A stretch of 64,000 nucleotides of DNA from Balanoglossus misakiensis (lineage: Eukaryota; Animalia; Hemichordata). The stretch's first letter is position 1, and every line of letters begins with the position of its first letter. Location of the stretch: NCBI GenBank assembly GCA_040954595.2, contig CM082581.2:4084699-4148698 (forward strand). The letters run 5' to 3'. This document shows positions 1 through 12,735 of this stretch, piece by piece. A program made the position numbers and the translations under genes. The notes beneath the pieces were generated by a model, which made no database searches, was not told the DNA's origin, and worked only from the letters and a program-made list of their open reading frames with translations.

Positions 1-500
1 GCAGTATTCACGAAAACTTGCTGTTTAAGTCACAAATAAGTGGTAAATTAATGTAAAATTATCACCATTTTTTTGTATCGATGTAACGGAAATAAAGAAG
101 TGAAAACAGAAAAAATCGACGCATATTTGACCAAATGGCGAACCGATCTTTATAAGCATACTAAAAAAACAAGACATTTTAAAATCACTCTCACTTTAAA
201 AGTTCAAGGGTCCTACGTCTAATTTTTGCATTTTAGAGGAGACGAAGCAATAAACTTTCAGAAAATGTGCGTCTTATATGCAGGAGCACATGGCCATTTT
301 CGCTATCCACGTTCGGATTTTGCCAATGTTCGCGAAGTGCGGTTACTCTTTTTACGTCCATGGTCTTACTAAATTAATAACGACATTTTTTTCATTTTCT
401 TGACACCATACGTACACAAAGACCTGGTTATCGGAGCCAGCCAATATCCACTCTGATAAAAATTAACTCGAAACTGAAATGACTTTTATTTTCACCTTAC

Positions 501-2430
501 ACAAATATCGCGAGTGACTTATATGACCAGGCTTTTTGACAATATGCTCGGTATATCGGACCATGTTGAAATCAATCTGAGAAAGTTTCATCGGGTTGTT
601 GAACTTTAATCCCGTAAAAAATAATTGGAGCAAATCCAGAGGGGATTGACAAGGTCCGAAATTCGCCTTTCGGCAAGTTCAAGAAGTTCAAGTGAAGCTG
701 TCGTAACAAGGATATTCAGGTCCCTGTTGAACATGCATCTCGACCAAATGGTGTCAAATAACCAGGTAAACGAACAATCGTCTTTCAAGTAGTTCAGGCT
801 ACTTTTTTCCTTCACACTGAAGAAGTTATACATAGAGCATAATATGCAAAACAATCTGAAAAAGAAACAAGATTTTGATTATTGATAAATAAAACAATAT
901 GCGAATGACCCTCTTTCGCTTTGCCGTGCAAGCCCATGGCACCCGGGACCTCCCACGGAATTTGCATTTAATAGTTGCATATAACATTAGTAAACAATAT
1001 TGGTTTATACATTATAGTTGTACACTTCGTGGACGGCTATTTTAGGGTCTGTTTGACTTCATGGAATTCCCCTATCGCAAAGAATGATGAATACAAAAAC
1101 TTCACACGCTGAAGGTGGAGCCATAAGTCAACTCGTTCGGTAAGCTAAGCAAGAAATTAAGCCCACATTGCCAACGATCCATGGCCATTTTGCCCCGGAA
1201 TTGGGCGATTCCTGTGCAGCTAATTTAAGGTAGCAAGATAACTGCGTGAAATAATCTGAAACCGTCGATAGCTGTGCGAAGAACTAATCGCAGAAGTGAG
1301 ACAGATCCTTCTGAGGACTTCTTTGCTTTCTACAGAAACTTCACTTGATGGGGGATATGTGGAAACGCAGATCTAGATGTATATAAAAGAGTATTTGATG
1401 GGATATCATTATTTTCGCTGAAGTTGGCAAATAAAATACTTGCCCTAAACGTGCCATAATTCTTACAAGGGTTTTTGAGTTATGTCACATTCAGTCGCGA
1501 TGTTCAAAGTGTCAGGGATAATATAAACAAAATGCCCCCAAAAATGTTGACTAATGCAGTACTGCAATTGGACGATTGAAAATGATCCAAGACGGTTTGG
1601 ACTAGCCGACTATTAATCGATTGATGATTTTTTTCGAGTATTTGCTTGCTTTGAGCGAGTTTCTCGTACTGAGCTCAGTTTTGAATTCGGGGCAGAGCTG
1701 ATGGTTTCGGTCACCGGCCGACCACCAACGCGATCCCATGCATGACTACGCGCTCACACTCGCTGCGGTTTCCACACACGTTTACATGTATAGACTCGGG
1801 AAAAAATCTGAAATGTATGTATCATGAAATACAATGTAATGAAGCCCATAGACCTGGAGCAAGTCTAAAAGCGGTTAAAAGAAAACTTTTGGCATCCCTG
1901 TCCTGCCCCCCCCCCCCCCTGTGTGGCGTGGAGAAGATAAATATGATCTGTAATGTCTAGCCTGTGAATTTTGTAACAGAGGTTTAAGTGAAACCATTTT
2001 CCTCATTTTTAATCCGAAAACTTTCTTACGCGAAAAGTTAGTTCCCGGCCCCGGCCCATTCCCACCGCTCGCTGGCTGCGCTAGCGCCAGCAGCGTTAGA
2101 AAGGGGGCAGGGAACCTCAACCCACTGAACCAGTGCGGTTTGTTTATTCATACCGCGATTTACAAATCTTGTTATTGATCACTTGGAAAGAGAGTGTCTC
2201 CTAAATTTAGATCATTTCAAAATTCTTCCCGCTTTACAATAGTATGATTTTAACAGTCTTGGAACACCTTTCATTTACCTGAGACTGAATGTTTGTGAAC
2301 GAGCCTTCAATCGCATGACGAGAAAGGCTAGCGAGCTTCAACAAACAAACACACAAACAAACACAAAAGATCAATCCAGCTGATCGAGTCGTCTGCAACC
2401 ATCTGCGTGGTAGTGACAGCGACACGACAG
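501..2430 (-). other. Possible first two exons of a divergent minus-strand gene (~2430->2279 and 855->501)
   Basis: Minus-strand donor CAG|GTAAAT at 2279/2278, acceptor ttgtttctttttcag before 855, donor TGT|GTAAGG at 501/500, in a CpG-rich context. Product not recognisable. Confidence 0.35.
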
Positions 2431-2842
2431 GTACAATTAGTCCAGTTATCTCATTTGGCTTTGAATGCAAATTAAGTTAGTGTGTATGTTTGCGTTAGAT
2501 TTTGGTCGGTGATAAATGTTATTGTGTGATTTATGGAAACCTCTTGCGTTGCCCACGGTTGGTCTGAACCCCGGTGGCACTCCTTTTCCGGGACTTTTTC
2601 AATTTCAACAAAAAGTGCAAAATTGGGGCAATGACATTGTTTCAATATGACATCTGTGTGTAAAATTAATCCAATACAATATCTGTCTTTATGACCTCAC
2701 GGGAGATAGAGCTCTATATCCCCAGGTGATGCACCAGCACTGATCTACATTTCAAACCCGCTGTTTTAAAACAATCCCTGGTTCTTGCACTAGTTCATAT
2801 TGACACTGGGTTTTACCATTTCTCCACGGTCTATGGTTTTAC

Positions 2843-2883
2843 CATGGACGTAAAAAAGAGACCTTCTCTTTTTTACGTCCATG
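2843..2883. mobile_element. 41-bp palindromic P-superfamily-like micro-MITE
   Basis: catggacgtaaaaaagaga-cct-tctcttttttacgtccatg perfect inverted repeat, flanked by 7-bp gttttac/attttac. A single arm recurs at ~346-363. Confidence 0.55.
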
Positions 2884-3066
2884 ATTTTACATTGAAATCT
2901 TTATCAAGTTTAATCGGTTTGCTTTTAGATAAAGCTGATATGGAGGGTGCACCTTTTCTGAAAATAGGAGATGGGCTGTGTGATGGGTCCAATCCTTTTA
3001 TTCATTTTTTTTAGAAGAGGAGGACCCATCTGTTCTTTTCTCCTACCTTGGTGTTGAACCACAGGG

Positions 3067-3494
3067 AACTCTTACTGATTAGCAGAGCAAAAAAGTGGTC
3101 TGACTACATAAGAAATAGAAAAATATGGATAAAAAAGAACAAAAAAAATAGAGGTAAAGCCAGAATAAACAAAATACAACAACAAGTAAACAAACAAACA
3201 AACAAACAAACAAACAACTGGCTGACAGTGAGACTTGCATGAAACAGACTCTCTAGTATATAGAGAGAAGGACCATTCTCGACATTACAAGGTGAATATA
3301 GTCTGTTTTGTGGAAGTCTCACAATTCATCAGTTAGTTGGGTTTTTTTGTTTGTTTGTTTACTTGTTTGTTTTTGTTTTTCTATCTTTTCCTTGTATTTT
3401 TTCATGCTTGTCTGTTTTTTTCTATTTTTTATGTACTTTATATTTACTGTTATTCAGTCAGGCCACTTTTTTTCTCTGCTAATCGGTGAGAGTT
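3067..3494. mobile_element. Degenerate foldback/MITE element with long inverted arms
   Basis: Left end aactcttactgattagcagagcaaaaaagtggtctgact matches the reverse complement of the right end; A-rich/(AAAC)n left arm is mirrored by a T-rich/(GTTT)n right arm. Confidence 0.7.
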
Positions 3495-3939
3495 GCACGA
3501 GGGGTATACATGTAATAAGTGCTTGAAAATAGGCCTGGCAGCTGTTGCCTACAAATTCCATGAGCACTTTCTCTTTTCCACGTTTGTTATTGGTTGTTGT
3601 AGCAAGTTTTTCACTAAGCAAAGTAAAGACGAGGTGGCGTTGTGAAGTACGTACATGTATACTTGGTGCTTACTTGAATTTTGCTATCCACAAGGTGCTG
3701 AAGTTCCTGCTGAGAAATCTGGCCCTTAGCTCTGAAAGCTCGAGAGAGACGGACTCTGCAGATGACATTTTGCCAGACAGCACAGTGAATGACGTACCCT
3801 GATGTGAACTCTCATTAGAGACCAGGTAATAATTGATGTGACTATTTCCCTAGGGAAACAGCTATTTGATATTCCTATCATGTGACCACACAGCATGAGC
3901 ATGAGGTGTGTTATAACTTGTAAAAATACATATGTATTA

Positions 3940-4050
3940 CAGTAAAACCTGTCTAAGCTGAACCCTGTCTAATCTGGAAACCTGTCTATACCGAACACGT
4001 TTTCCCGTCCCTTTGACATAGAACCACATGTTTAAAGAACCTCTATAAAC
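3940..4050. mobile_element. Truncated Tc1/mariner(pogo)-type MITE end
   Basis: TA-CAGTAAAACCTGTCTAA terminus with internal CCTGTCTA subrepeats; no partner TIR seen. Confidence 0.35.
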
Positions 4051-7000
4051 TGGACATTATTTTGTCAGAAACTGTGTCCGAGCCATTTTGCAGATTGATT
4101 GATTTCATTCCACCATGATTTCCTACAAAGTTTTCTTAGTAGGGTCTGTGTCATTGACAATCACTTGTTTTCCCTCTACTCAGGTTATAGTTATGAAATA
4201 ATGGTCAATGCAGTTGTGTTGTTATTGTGGGCATTCATTGAGGAAGGCAGAGCATTGCTGAACAGAAAGAAGAATTGCCAATGGTGAGTAGGATTTGTGT
4301 TGAGGAATCTGAACTTTTTGAACAACACTTTTCCATTATTGCTGTGTGGAACTAATGTACACAGGTGTGTATTCTAAAAAATGAAAGTGTTCCATGGGAA
4401 AGAATTTTTTTTAGCAGCATAGCCATAGCAGAGATGCATATTGGCAACTGTGAGGCCAACCGCTCTTTTTAAAAAACACACACAAAATGTCTTACTACAC
4501 CTATTCATACTGGCACAAATAAATCAAATTCAAAAATCATACATTGCTGACATTAATAATAATAAAACTTTATTGTCAATAACAAGTGTTGAAAATTATC
4601 TTCGGGTTCATCAACAATGTTAAAAATACAGAATAAAAATATAAAGCAATAAAAATGTATACAATAAAAAGCAGTAAATTTGAAGTTACACACACACACA
4701 CAAGAAAAAGAAATATACACACTCTAGAGGTGAGATGACTAACCACGACCAACCAAACTACATCCACTGCCACAGATATAATGTCAAACTGAACTTGAAT
4801 TTTGAATACATACAGCTGTTTGGAGAACAGATTTCCTAAACTGTTTTTTTTCCTGGCGAGTGGAACTCTGTAAGTAACACCTAGCTCCCTGATGGGAGTT
4901 TCTGAAATGGACTGTGTAGAGGGTGTTCAGGATCTTTAACAATATTACGGGCCTTTCTTTCAACTGCCCTGTGGTAAATGTTTGCCAGAAAGTTTCGGCG
5001 GCAGGCATTGTGACTTTATATACCAGGGTAATTCAAAGTCAACTGGTTGTGCTTTAGAACACGTGGCGCCCTCCAGTGGTCACTCCATGGGTAGTAGATC
5101 TCAGTGGGTTTGCATCAGCTGATAAGTGGACTGGTTGTTTGATTATGTAGATGATAATGGACATTGTATGTATTGAAAACCTCATGCAGTCATGTCTATA
5201 CATAGCACAGTACCTATTGTTGTCACCAGTGGCTTCTCAATTGAGAGGCAGCTGTAACAATGCAAGTTAAATATTAATCAGATGCAGAAGCAAGTCCCAA
5301 CATGTCGGTTTGCCCACTAAAGCATATAAAACTTGTCAGAATTCCAGATCAGAGATTATTCCGACAAAAGTCGGGGATCCAGTAGCTAACACGGGGGATA
5401 TATTATGTTTCTGTATGTATCCAAGCATGATACGAGTATTACTGGGCAATATGAGTCCAATTTCACATCTATTGTGTTGGAAATATACAATCAAATTAAT
5501 TGGATATACTTGATGACAGGTAAAGTGATTTTTTTTCTCATTACATTCCTTTCTGATTTCAACATGTTTCGTGACGCACTGAAAAACAGACATTGTAACC
5601 AAACCCTGACTAGTTTTCTGGGGACTTGCTGCTCGAAAGTTAGCAATTTGATAATTTGACAGAATTGCCATTTGGTCATTGTTCGAGCTTTCTTCAAGTA
5701 GCCAATGCGAACAGATGTAGTTCTACCATGTGGAAATTCAAATTGAGTCAAGTGTTTTAGAGTGGTGTTTTAGTAACGGTTAAATTAGCAGGTATAGATG
5801 GGTGGTTTCCCGTGAAAACCGGGATTCCCCAATTTTATTGTCCGGTTCAATCGCAGCGTGGTCAGTTTGATATAGTGCATTGTGGCTGTGAACAGAAACT
5901 GTACGGACCGGATCCGCGATCTTGGTTTCTACTTTTAACTTGTCTTCAATTTATTCTTCTAAACTCTGGTGACGTGGTCATTTACACAGGTAATTTCTAC
6001 GACTAGTACCGACTACATTTTGTACTAATGTGATCAAGGTACTAATATGACCGTGTAATTAACACACTCTGTATATCATAGGAGGTACATTTTAAACTCT
6101 ACTCTTGTGAAATTTTGCTAAATTTGATTCAGAAGCCACTGCATGGTGTAAATCTATTGACTGGTTAAACATTGAATTGGACATTAAGATCCCTATCTGA
6201 ACTCCATCATGCTACAGTGTGTGTTCATGTCTCTACACGTTATTTGTAAATTTCATGAATAATTGGGGCTGTAGTGTTTATTTGTCTGGGACGGTTGCTA
6301 CTCTATTAGAATATCACTTTGTTTATTAATTATCAACAATAGCCATAAACATCATGATTGATATTTGAGATTGCATGATATAAGGGAAATAATATGAAAC
6401 TTAAAATTGCAGCATTATACCCGATAGCTGGAATGGTGCATGATATTTTTGTCTGGCTACTCTCAGTATCAGCCAGCTTATCCGCAGCAGAATTCCAGAG
6501 ATAATAGTTGGCAGTACACAGCATTTACTAAATTGGGAATTTGAACCTGATCTTGAGATTTGCTTAGATCCTCCTCTGCACATGTATCTATTTTCTGAAA
6601 ATGTACACATTTTCAGTTCCTAACTAGCCACAGTCATGGTTGAGAGGTACGCCTCAAGGCTGATCACCAATCAGGCAAGACATGGCAAATTGGTTTTATG
6701 TTGCCTACCTACAGCAAAGCACAGTTCAGACCTGGTCATGTAAACGTAACGCAGTCATCCGGTATTCAAAATACGATATGTAGCATTCATTTTCAGATAT
6801 GTCCAACCTTCAAATATTTCCGTGTCCATTGCACTGTTGGGGATATTAACACTATTGCCGACTTTTTAAAAATAACCCAGGAATCATTAGGTTGAAACAG
6901 AATAGGTGTTTGCCCTATCCATTTCAAATTAAATTACTTGAATTTCTTTGGGCAGTTTGAGTACATGTCTGCATTGAGAATGATTCTGTGTCTGCGTTGA

Positions 7001-7103
7001 AAAAAGAATCTTGCATTCAGAGTGACATGTACTCTAGAATGGGTATGCTCTAAACATGAAATGAACCATTCCAAATTTTGGAATCCTGATTTCTGGAATT
7101 TGA

Positions 7104-7188
7104 CCCCCTCTCCCCCGTTTCCCAGTTAAAGGGGTCCAACTTCATAGAAACCAATGGGGTTTGGAAGAAAGCATGTTGATGAAAGGGG
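7104..7188 (-). mobile_element. Degenerate copy of the short piggyBac-like MITE at 44747-44831
   Basis: Aligns by eye to the reverse complement of 44747-44831 (ggtccaacttca..tagaaa.caat..gtttgga..catg..gatgaaaggg-ttaa). Confidence 0.55.
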
Positions 7189-10100
7189 TTAAAAATTTGA
7201 ATTCCAGTTTTAGGGTGTACATGTTAAGGAGTGGTTATGTTGTTGACAGCTTGATTGTCGTCTGTCTTGTGATTTTCCCTCAAAAATACATGAAATTTAC
7301 CATTAAATCCCAAACAGCAATCTGAGTCTGTGGTGCAGTTGTCTCAGCTGAACTATTAGCCTTAATTAATAAGAACTACTCAAGTATGTCACGACATTAG
7401 GTATTACATGCTCTGAGAGCATGACTTGAATGCAAACTTGAATTCAGTTTGTTAAGTTTTACACCAGTTCGTTGAGTTCCATTGGCTTGTGACAGTTATA
7501 TGATACATTCTGTAGAGAATGTCCCAGATACATTCCTGTGAGAAAAACAATACCTGCTGTATTGACACAAGACTGTTAGTGACTGTTCTTTATTCAGCTG
7601 TGAGATTTTTGTTTTTGTTTTTTCTACATCCACAGGTGGGTGTCTGGTCATGGACCGGATGGAAAACTGAAACACTATCTTCTGAAAGTGGGAGATGAAA
7701 CCAGAGTGCGCTAAAGATGGGCTTGGAAACTACGTACAGCAAACAAGCGCGGACAGAGAGATAAGGAATGTGAAGGGAAAAAAACAGAACGAGGGTTGAA
7801 TGGAGAGAAAAACAGGGCTGGAATACGTGGACTGGATTTGAAATCAGCACCCAGTGGCCACCGGTTTGTTTGTGTGTGAACTTTGGTCAGTGTGAATAAG
7901 AGTGGCAGGATGTAGTGGCACAAAGGGAAAGGTAGTTATGTATTGTTGTGGTACTTCCTGTCAGCCATTGAAAACGCTGTTTACCCTTGCATTGGATACC
8001 ATGGTGAAAGTTGATAGTATGTGAATACATTGGTTCCGCCTGAATGGGACGCTTTTTGTGGGACCTCAAGAAGGCATTCAGCCAACGGAGACATCGCACA
8101 ATGAATACCTGAGCGCATTTGCATATTTATGAGTTCCAAGACTGTGCCGTGATTATAGGTTGCACTGTGTATGGGATTAGCTGATGAGCAGGTCTTGTTG
8201 AAGGCATGGAGTACATCGCTGCTAAGTGAGAGATAATCAACTATCAGAAAATACCATCACACAACATCCCAGTTATAATCACTGGTCATTGTTTAATAAA
8301 CGGTCTGCAGAGGGCGCTCCACACTCGACCTAACATGGGTTTTATATCACTTTGTAATATTCGTGTTTTTTTCTTCTCGAAAATATCTAAAAGTCAAGAA
8401 ATACATGTTAAGCTTACATCACTGAAGATGTCCATGTCATCTTTTTTGTCTGCTTGAATTGAGAAGATTATGATCAGCGAATGAAAAAAAATGTTACACA
8501 TGAGAGAAGAATGAGAAATCATAGCCTGGTGATGATTGAGGTGGCTGACTGTGACAGTGTTGGACTGTCCGTGCAAATATATCAGTTACAAGGTGAGACC
8601 AGGTGGAATATATTCACGATTCTGTAAAAACATCTTCCCTTTGATCTCTGGCTTTTGCAATCTTTTCTTTGGATAACAGTAACCCAAGTCCTCTTTTTTC
8701 ATCTCTACTGTCAACTCAATAAAAAATCAGCAGCTGTCCTTTGCAGAATTGTATGCATTCTTCCAAATTGCCGTCGTAAGTGTCGCAGTCTCGTGTTGCT
8801 TTGCCGTAACTCAAAACCATCCCACCGATTTATCATTTAAAACTACAGCCATCCATCTCTTTTTCATTTGTGTTTATTGTCCGTAGTGACAGTTCACAAA
8901 ACTTGGAACACTACTAGCGCCGAGCCTGTGGAGTAAGCAAAAAAGAGTTAACTGCTGGGGTTTTCAACTGTCCAAGCTCTTAAATAAAAAAGAGTTAAAC
9001 TGTAGGTTACGGCCCAGTGCAGTGGGTAGCTCCCTCTCTAAACTCCCAGACTTCAATATACAGACCTGTAGATGAAAGGTCATTCACTGAAAACTCTGCT
9101 GCCATTTTTTTCTGTGCTCTATCACGCTGAAAACAGGAGTCGAGATATGTAGGAATTGTTTAAATTTTGTTAGCATATGATGGGTCTAATTCCAGATAGC
9201 AGTTGTGTCTTGTGGTAGTGTTTACAGAAAGTATGTTTGTGATTGGTTGGTTGCTAATCTTCAGCAATCACAGAGTGTACACTCTGAAGCCAACTGTTCA
9301 TCATCTGCATAGACACACACCATCTCCAGGATGTCCTTCATGGAGTAGACTATTCCATTATGGTGTCTAGGTAGAGAGGCTTGTTACAGATGTGCATAAG
9401 ATGCGATTATCTGGCCAAGATGTCATCATTTGTCTCAGCTGTTCTTGGTTGTCGGTCGGTACTTTTTGCTCCCTGATGTGCATCTGTCATTCTGTTAAGT
9501 GTAAAGTGAAAGTGACAGTCTGTGTGTATCTTATCAAGTCTTCACATTGCTGTCAACCCCCCCCCCCTCCAAGCACATACAAAGTATCTGAAGTTTGAAA
9601 CTCTTGTGTGAGTGGCCTCCCCGGTAACTTTTTCGAGGGGACCATTTCTAGGCCCATATCCTGCAAGGAGAGGTGAGTCCCGAAATTGACACTTTTCCGT
9701 AACATTGATGTGCATGCAAGGGGGGATTTTGTCGGACGGTTGCGGGATTCGCCAAGCATGTTGAATATGTGCCTTCTGTCTTGCCTGGTTTATTTCTACA
9801 GTTGCAATGTTTATTTATGGTATTTTGCTGAAGATGCATTTGTCAGTAGATTTAAATCTCAAACAGCAGTTCGCTGCTGCAGAAGTTTCAACCACACGAA
9901 CATCGTTTTCATCACATGCATTAATTTGGTGCATTTGAAGTCAGAAATGGATGGGTGCTTATATTTGGAGTGTTTGAAAGTATGTTGATGTTTGACCTTT
10001 CTGTTACTGCTGGGTGTCAGTTAATTATTGCAAATAAGCTGTATATAGATGTAAAAGACTTTGGTAGTTGGCTAGTTCACTCCCTGTACATACACTTCAT

Positions 10101-10798
10101 GCCTGCATTATGTAACTGAAGTAAAGTTACAAGAGTAACAGCTCTGTTGAAGTTATTGGGGAGCTTTTTGCTCTACTTTGAAAAGTTGCATGGGTCTTCC
10201 CTCTGTTTTTGATAAGTTTGAAATAATTTGTCAAAGAAGATGTAAGTGTTCAGAAAAATGACAGAAGAGCAGTTGTGAATGGAAACGTACAAAAATACAG
10301 AGACGCAGGTGCTAGAAGTCAAGAATTGGACATGCATCTGTTCTAGCTGAAGTTCTTTATAATTGGGATTATCAGAAAGGAATATTTTACAATGAAAATA
10401 ACTGAGTTTGGTTACAGTGGTAGTACATATTATATGGTGAATTAACAAAAAGGAAATCTTTTGCTGTGCGTTACATTTTGCTGTGTCATGTTGAAAAACA
10501 GACACTGTGTGATGAAAAGCCAGTACATGTATCTATTTTCAAGTCCAAATTCAAATTTGTGTGACTGATGTAACATAAAGTGTACAAATCTCCTGTTCTG
10601 CAAGTTTGAAATAAACAGGAGGAAAACCAGGAATATGTTGGGGTGTCAGAATGGGAAGTTCCTTTAGTTGAAAGTTAATTGCAGAGATAGGGTACATCAA
10701 TGCCAGGTAAAAATAGTGATGAACATTTCAAACAATTTTAAATGAGAAATCAAATTTTGAAATGGTATATTTGTATAATGTGTTAGTTTTTAAAAATT

Positions 10799-10799
10799 G

Positions 10800-10848
<49 letters not shown>
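10799..10848. repeat. (GAT)n microsatellite
   Basis: About 16 perfect GAT units. Confidence 0.95.
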
Positions 10849-11321
10849 AGCTTTGACATAAATACCTATGACATACATCATGTGTTGGTGTGAATAGTTT
10901 CAAAACCATCCATAAGTGGTCTTATATTTGTACAATGTATTGCTAATTAGAACACTTTGAAAAGTTGCCAACTTAAATAATGTCAAGTAGGAACTACTAC
11001 ATACCTCGATAATGTGCACGCTAACTTCAATTATGCTACGTGCCAAGAAAATCAGAAACAGGTTCATTAACCGTAAAAAGAAAATGATTGCCTGAATGAA
11101 AATAGACTTAATTAACACTAATGCGTCATGCCTGAATGAAAATATACCTCACACTAACAATTCTGACTACCAAGGTTGTTACCGTTTAGTGTGAAAACTA
11201 ACATATACTTGGCTAGAGCTTCAGAAAAAGTCGCCTATTCAAAACCCAAGATTCTTACTCAGCACTGAGTAAGGACGTGATATGAAATTCTTCTCTGTGA
11301 CAGGTTCCTCAATACTCTATT

Positions 11322-11392
11322 ACACATGTGATATAAAGACACATGTGATATAAAGACACATGTGATATAAAGACACATGTGATATAAAGACA
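11322..11392. repeat. 17-bp minisatellite x4 (acacatgtgatataaag)
   Basis: Four perfect tandem copies. Confidence 0.92.
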
Positions 11393-12567
11393 AAGTGAAA
11401 TATTTTGTGAGGAATGACATTTTTTCAGAACCCTGGAAGCATCCGACAGATTTGCTCTGCAGCCATTAATTGGCAATAAGCAAACTGTTGGCAAGTCTAT
11501 GGGCTCTGGGATGATGGCAACCCAACTATCCAAGGTCCTTGGTCGGCTGGATATCAGGTGTGCAACAATTGTCAATTTGAACATGTTGCCAATAGGATTG
11601 TCAGGTGCAGAGTCGTTCCATCAGTCATTTGGGTTTGTAACATAATGGAACCACTGTTGATAGAAATCTGTACAGATAGCACGGTTTGATTTACAGAATA
11701 TTATGTCATAGAAATGTCAGTCGTGTATATGCGTTGTTGTGCTCCGTGGTAAGGTCACCCATCATTCAATTCTTTGGAGGCAAAGTAAAAAAAAATTCCT
11801 GTCTGCCTTTTTATTTGTTCTGTTGGCCTTGCAGGTACAGTCATTTTCAGTTCACTTTATTCACAGGTTTTATACGTCTTCTATTCCACTGTTTGTTAGA
11901 TTTTAAGGTCGCTGTGGGTGTAATTATGGGGAGGGGGAGTGGTTAGATGCAGAAGTGCTGGGGAAGCAATTCTATCCCGCCTTTTCTCGGCTCTGCAAAA
12001 TGGCAGGAATGGGATTCTAGAAAAATCAAGTTTGTCGGATCTGTCTTTTCTGAAAAACCTTGGAAAGCATTATGGTGGTGCTTCACTTTCCTAAAAAACA
12101 AATTTTCAAAAGTGAAATGGATATCTGTGTTGACCAACAACACAGGGATGGGCTTTTGTGTTTTGAAGTGAAAGTGGTAATGTAAGCCATCAGCTGATGT
12201 GATGAATGACTTGGTGCGCCCAGAAATGAAGAAAAACAAGTGAACTTTTCAGTCGTGGGGAGTGCTATGTCCTGAATGATATACTATTTATTTAATTCTG
12301 TACAGGGTACAGAGGTGGTACAATCTCATTTTGTCCCCAACAAAGGACAGATGGTGTTTTCAATTACCAAATGAGGGATAGATTGTTTTGTTTAAAAGTT
12401 TGTTCTAAAGAATTTCGTAAGACTTACAATTTGTGATGAGACGTGCAAGTATGCAGTTTTTAGCAGGGGAGCAGTTGATCCTGACTTTACATACAGGTTT
12501 ATCAATGTACAGTAATGTCTACGCTCAAAGTGTTTATTGGAACAGGCAATCTGACAGTCAAGTCATC

Positions 12568-12735
12568 CATTTCTGATTGGCTGACCCCAATCGCTCTGGC
12601 ATTTCTGATTGGCTGACACCAACCGCTCTGGCATTTCTGATTGGCTGACACCAACCGCTCTGGCATTTCTGATTGGCTGACACCAATTGCTCTCCATGCT
12701 TGGTATTTCTGATTGGCTGACAGACACCAATCGCC
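12568..12735. repeat. 32-bp minisatellite x5 carrying CTGATTGGCTG
   Basis: Unit catttctgattggctgacaccaaccgctctgg; cores at 12573, 12605, 12637, 12669, 12709. Confidence 0.9.

Noticed and set aside
6670-6710. aggcaagacatggc resembling miR-31
   Set aside because: Only the seed region matches, and the fold-back is too short for a pre-miRNA.
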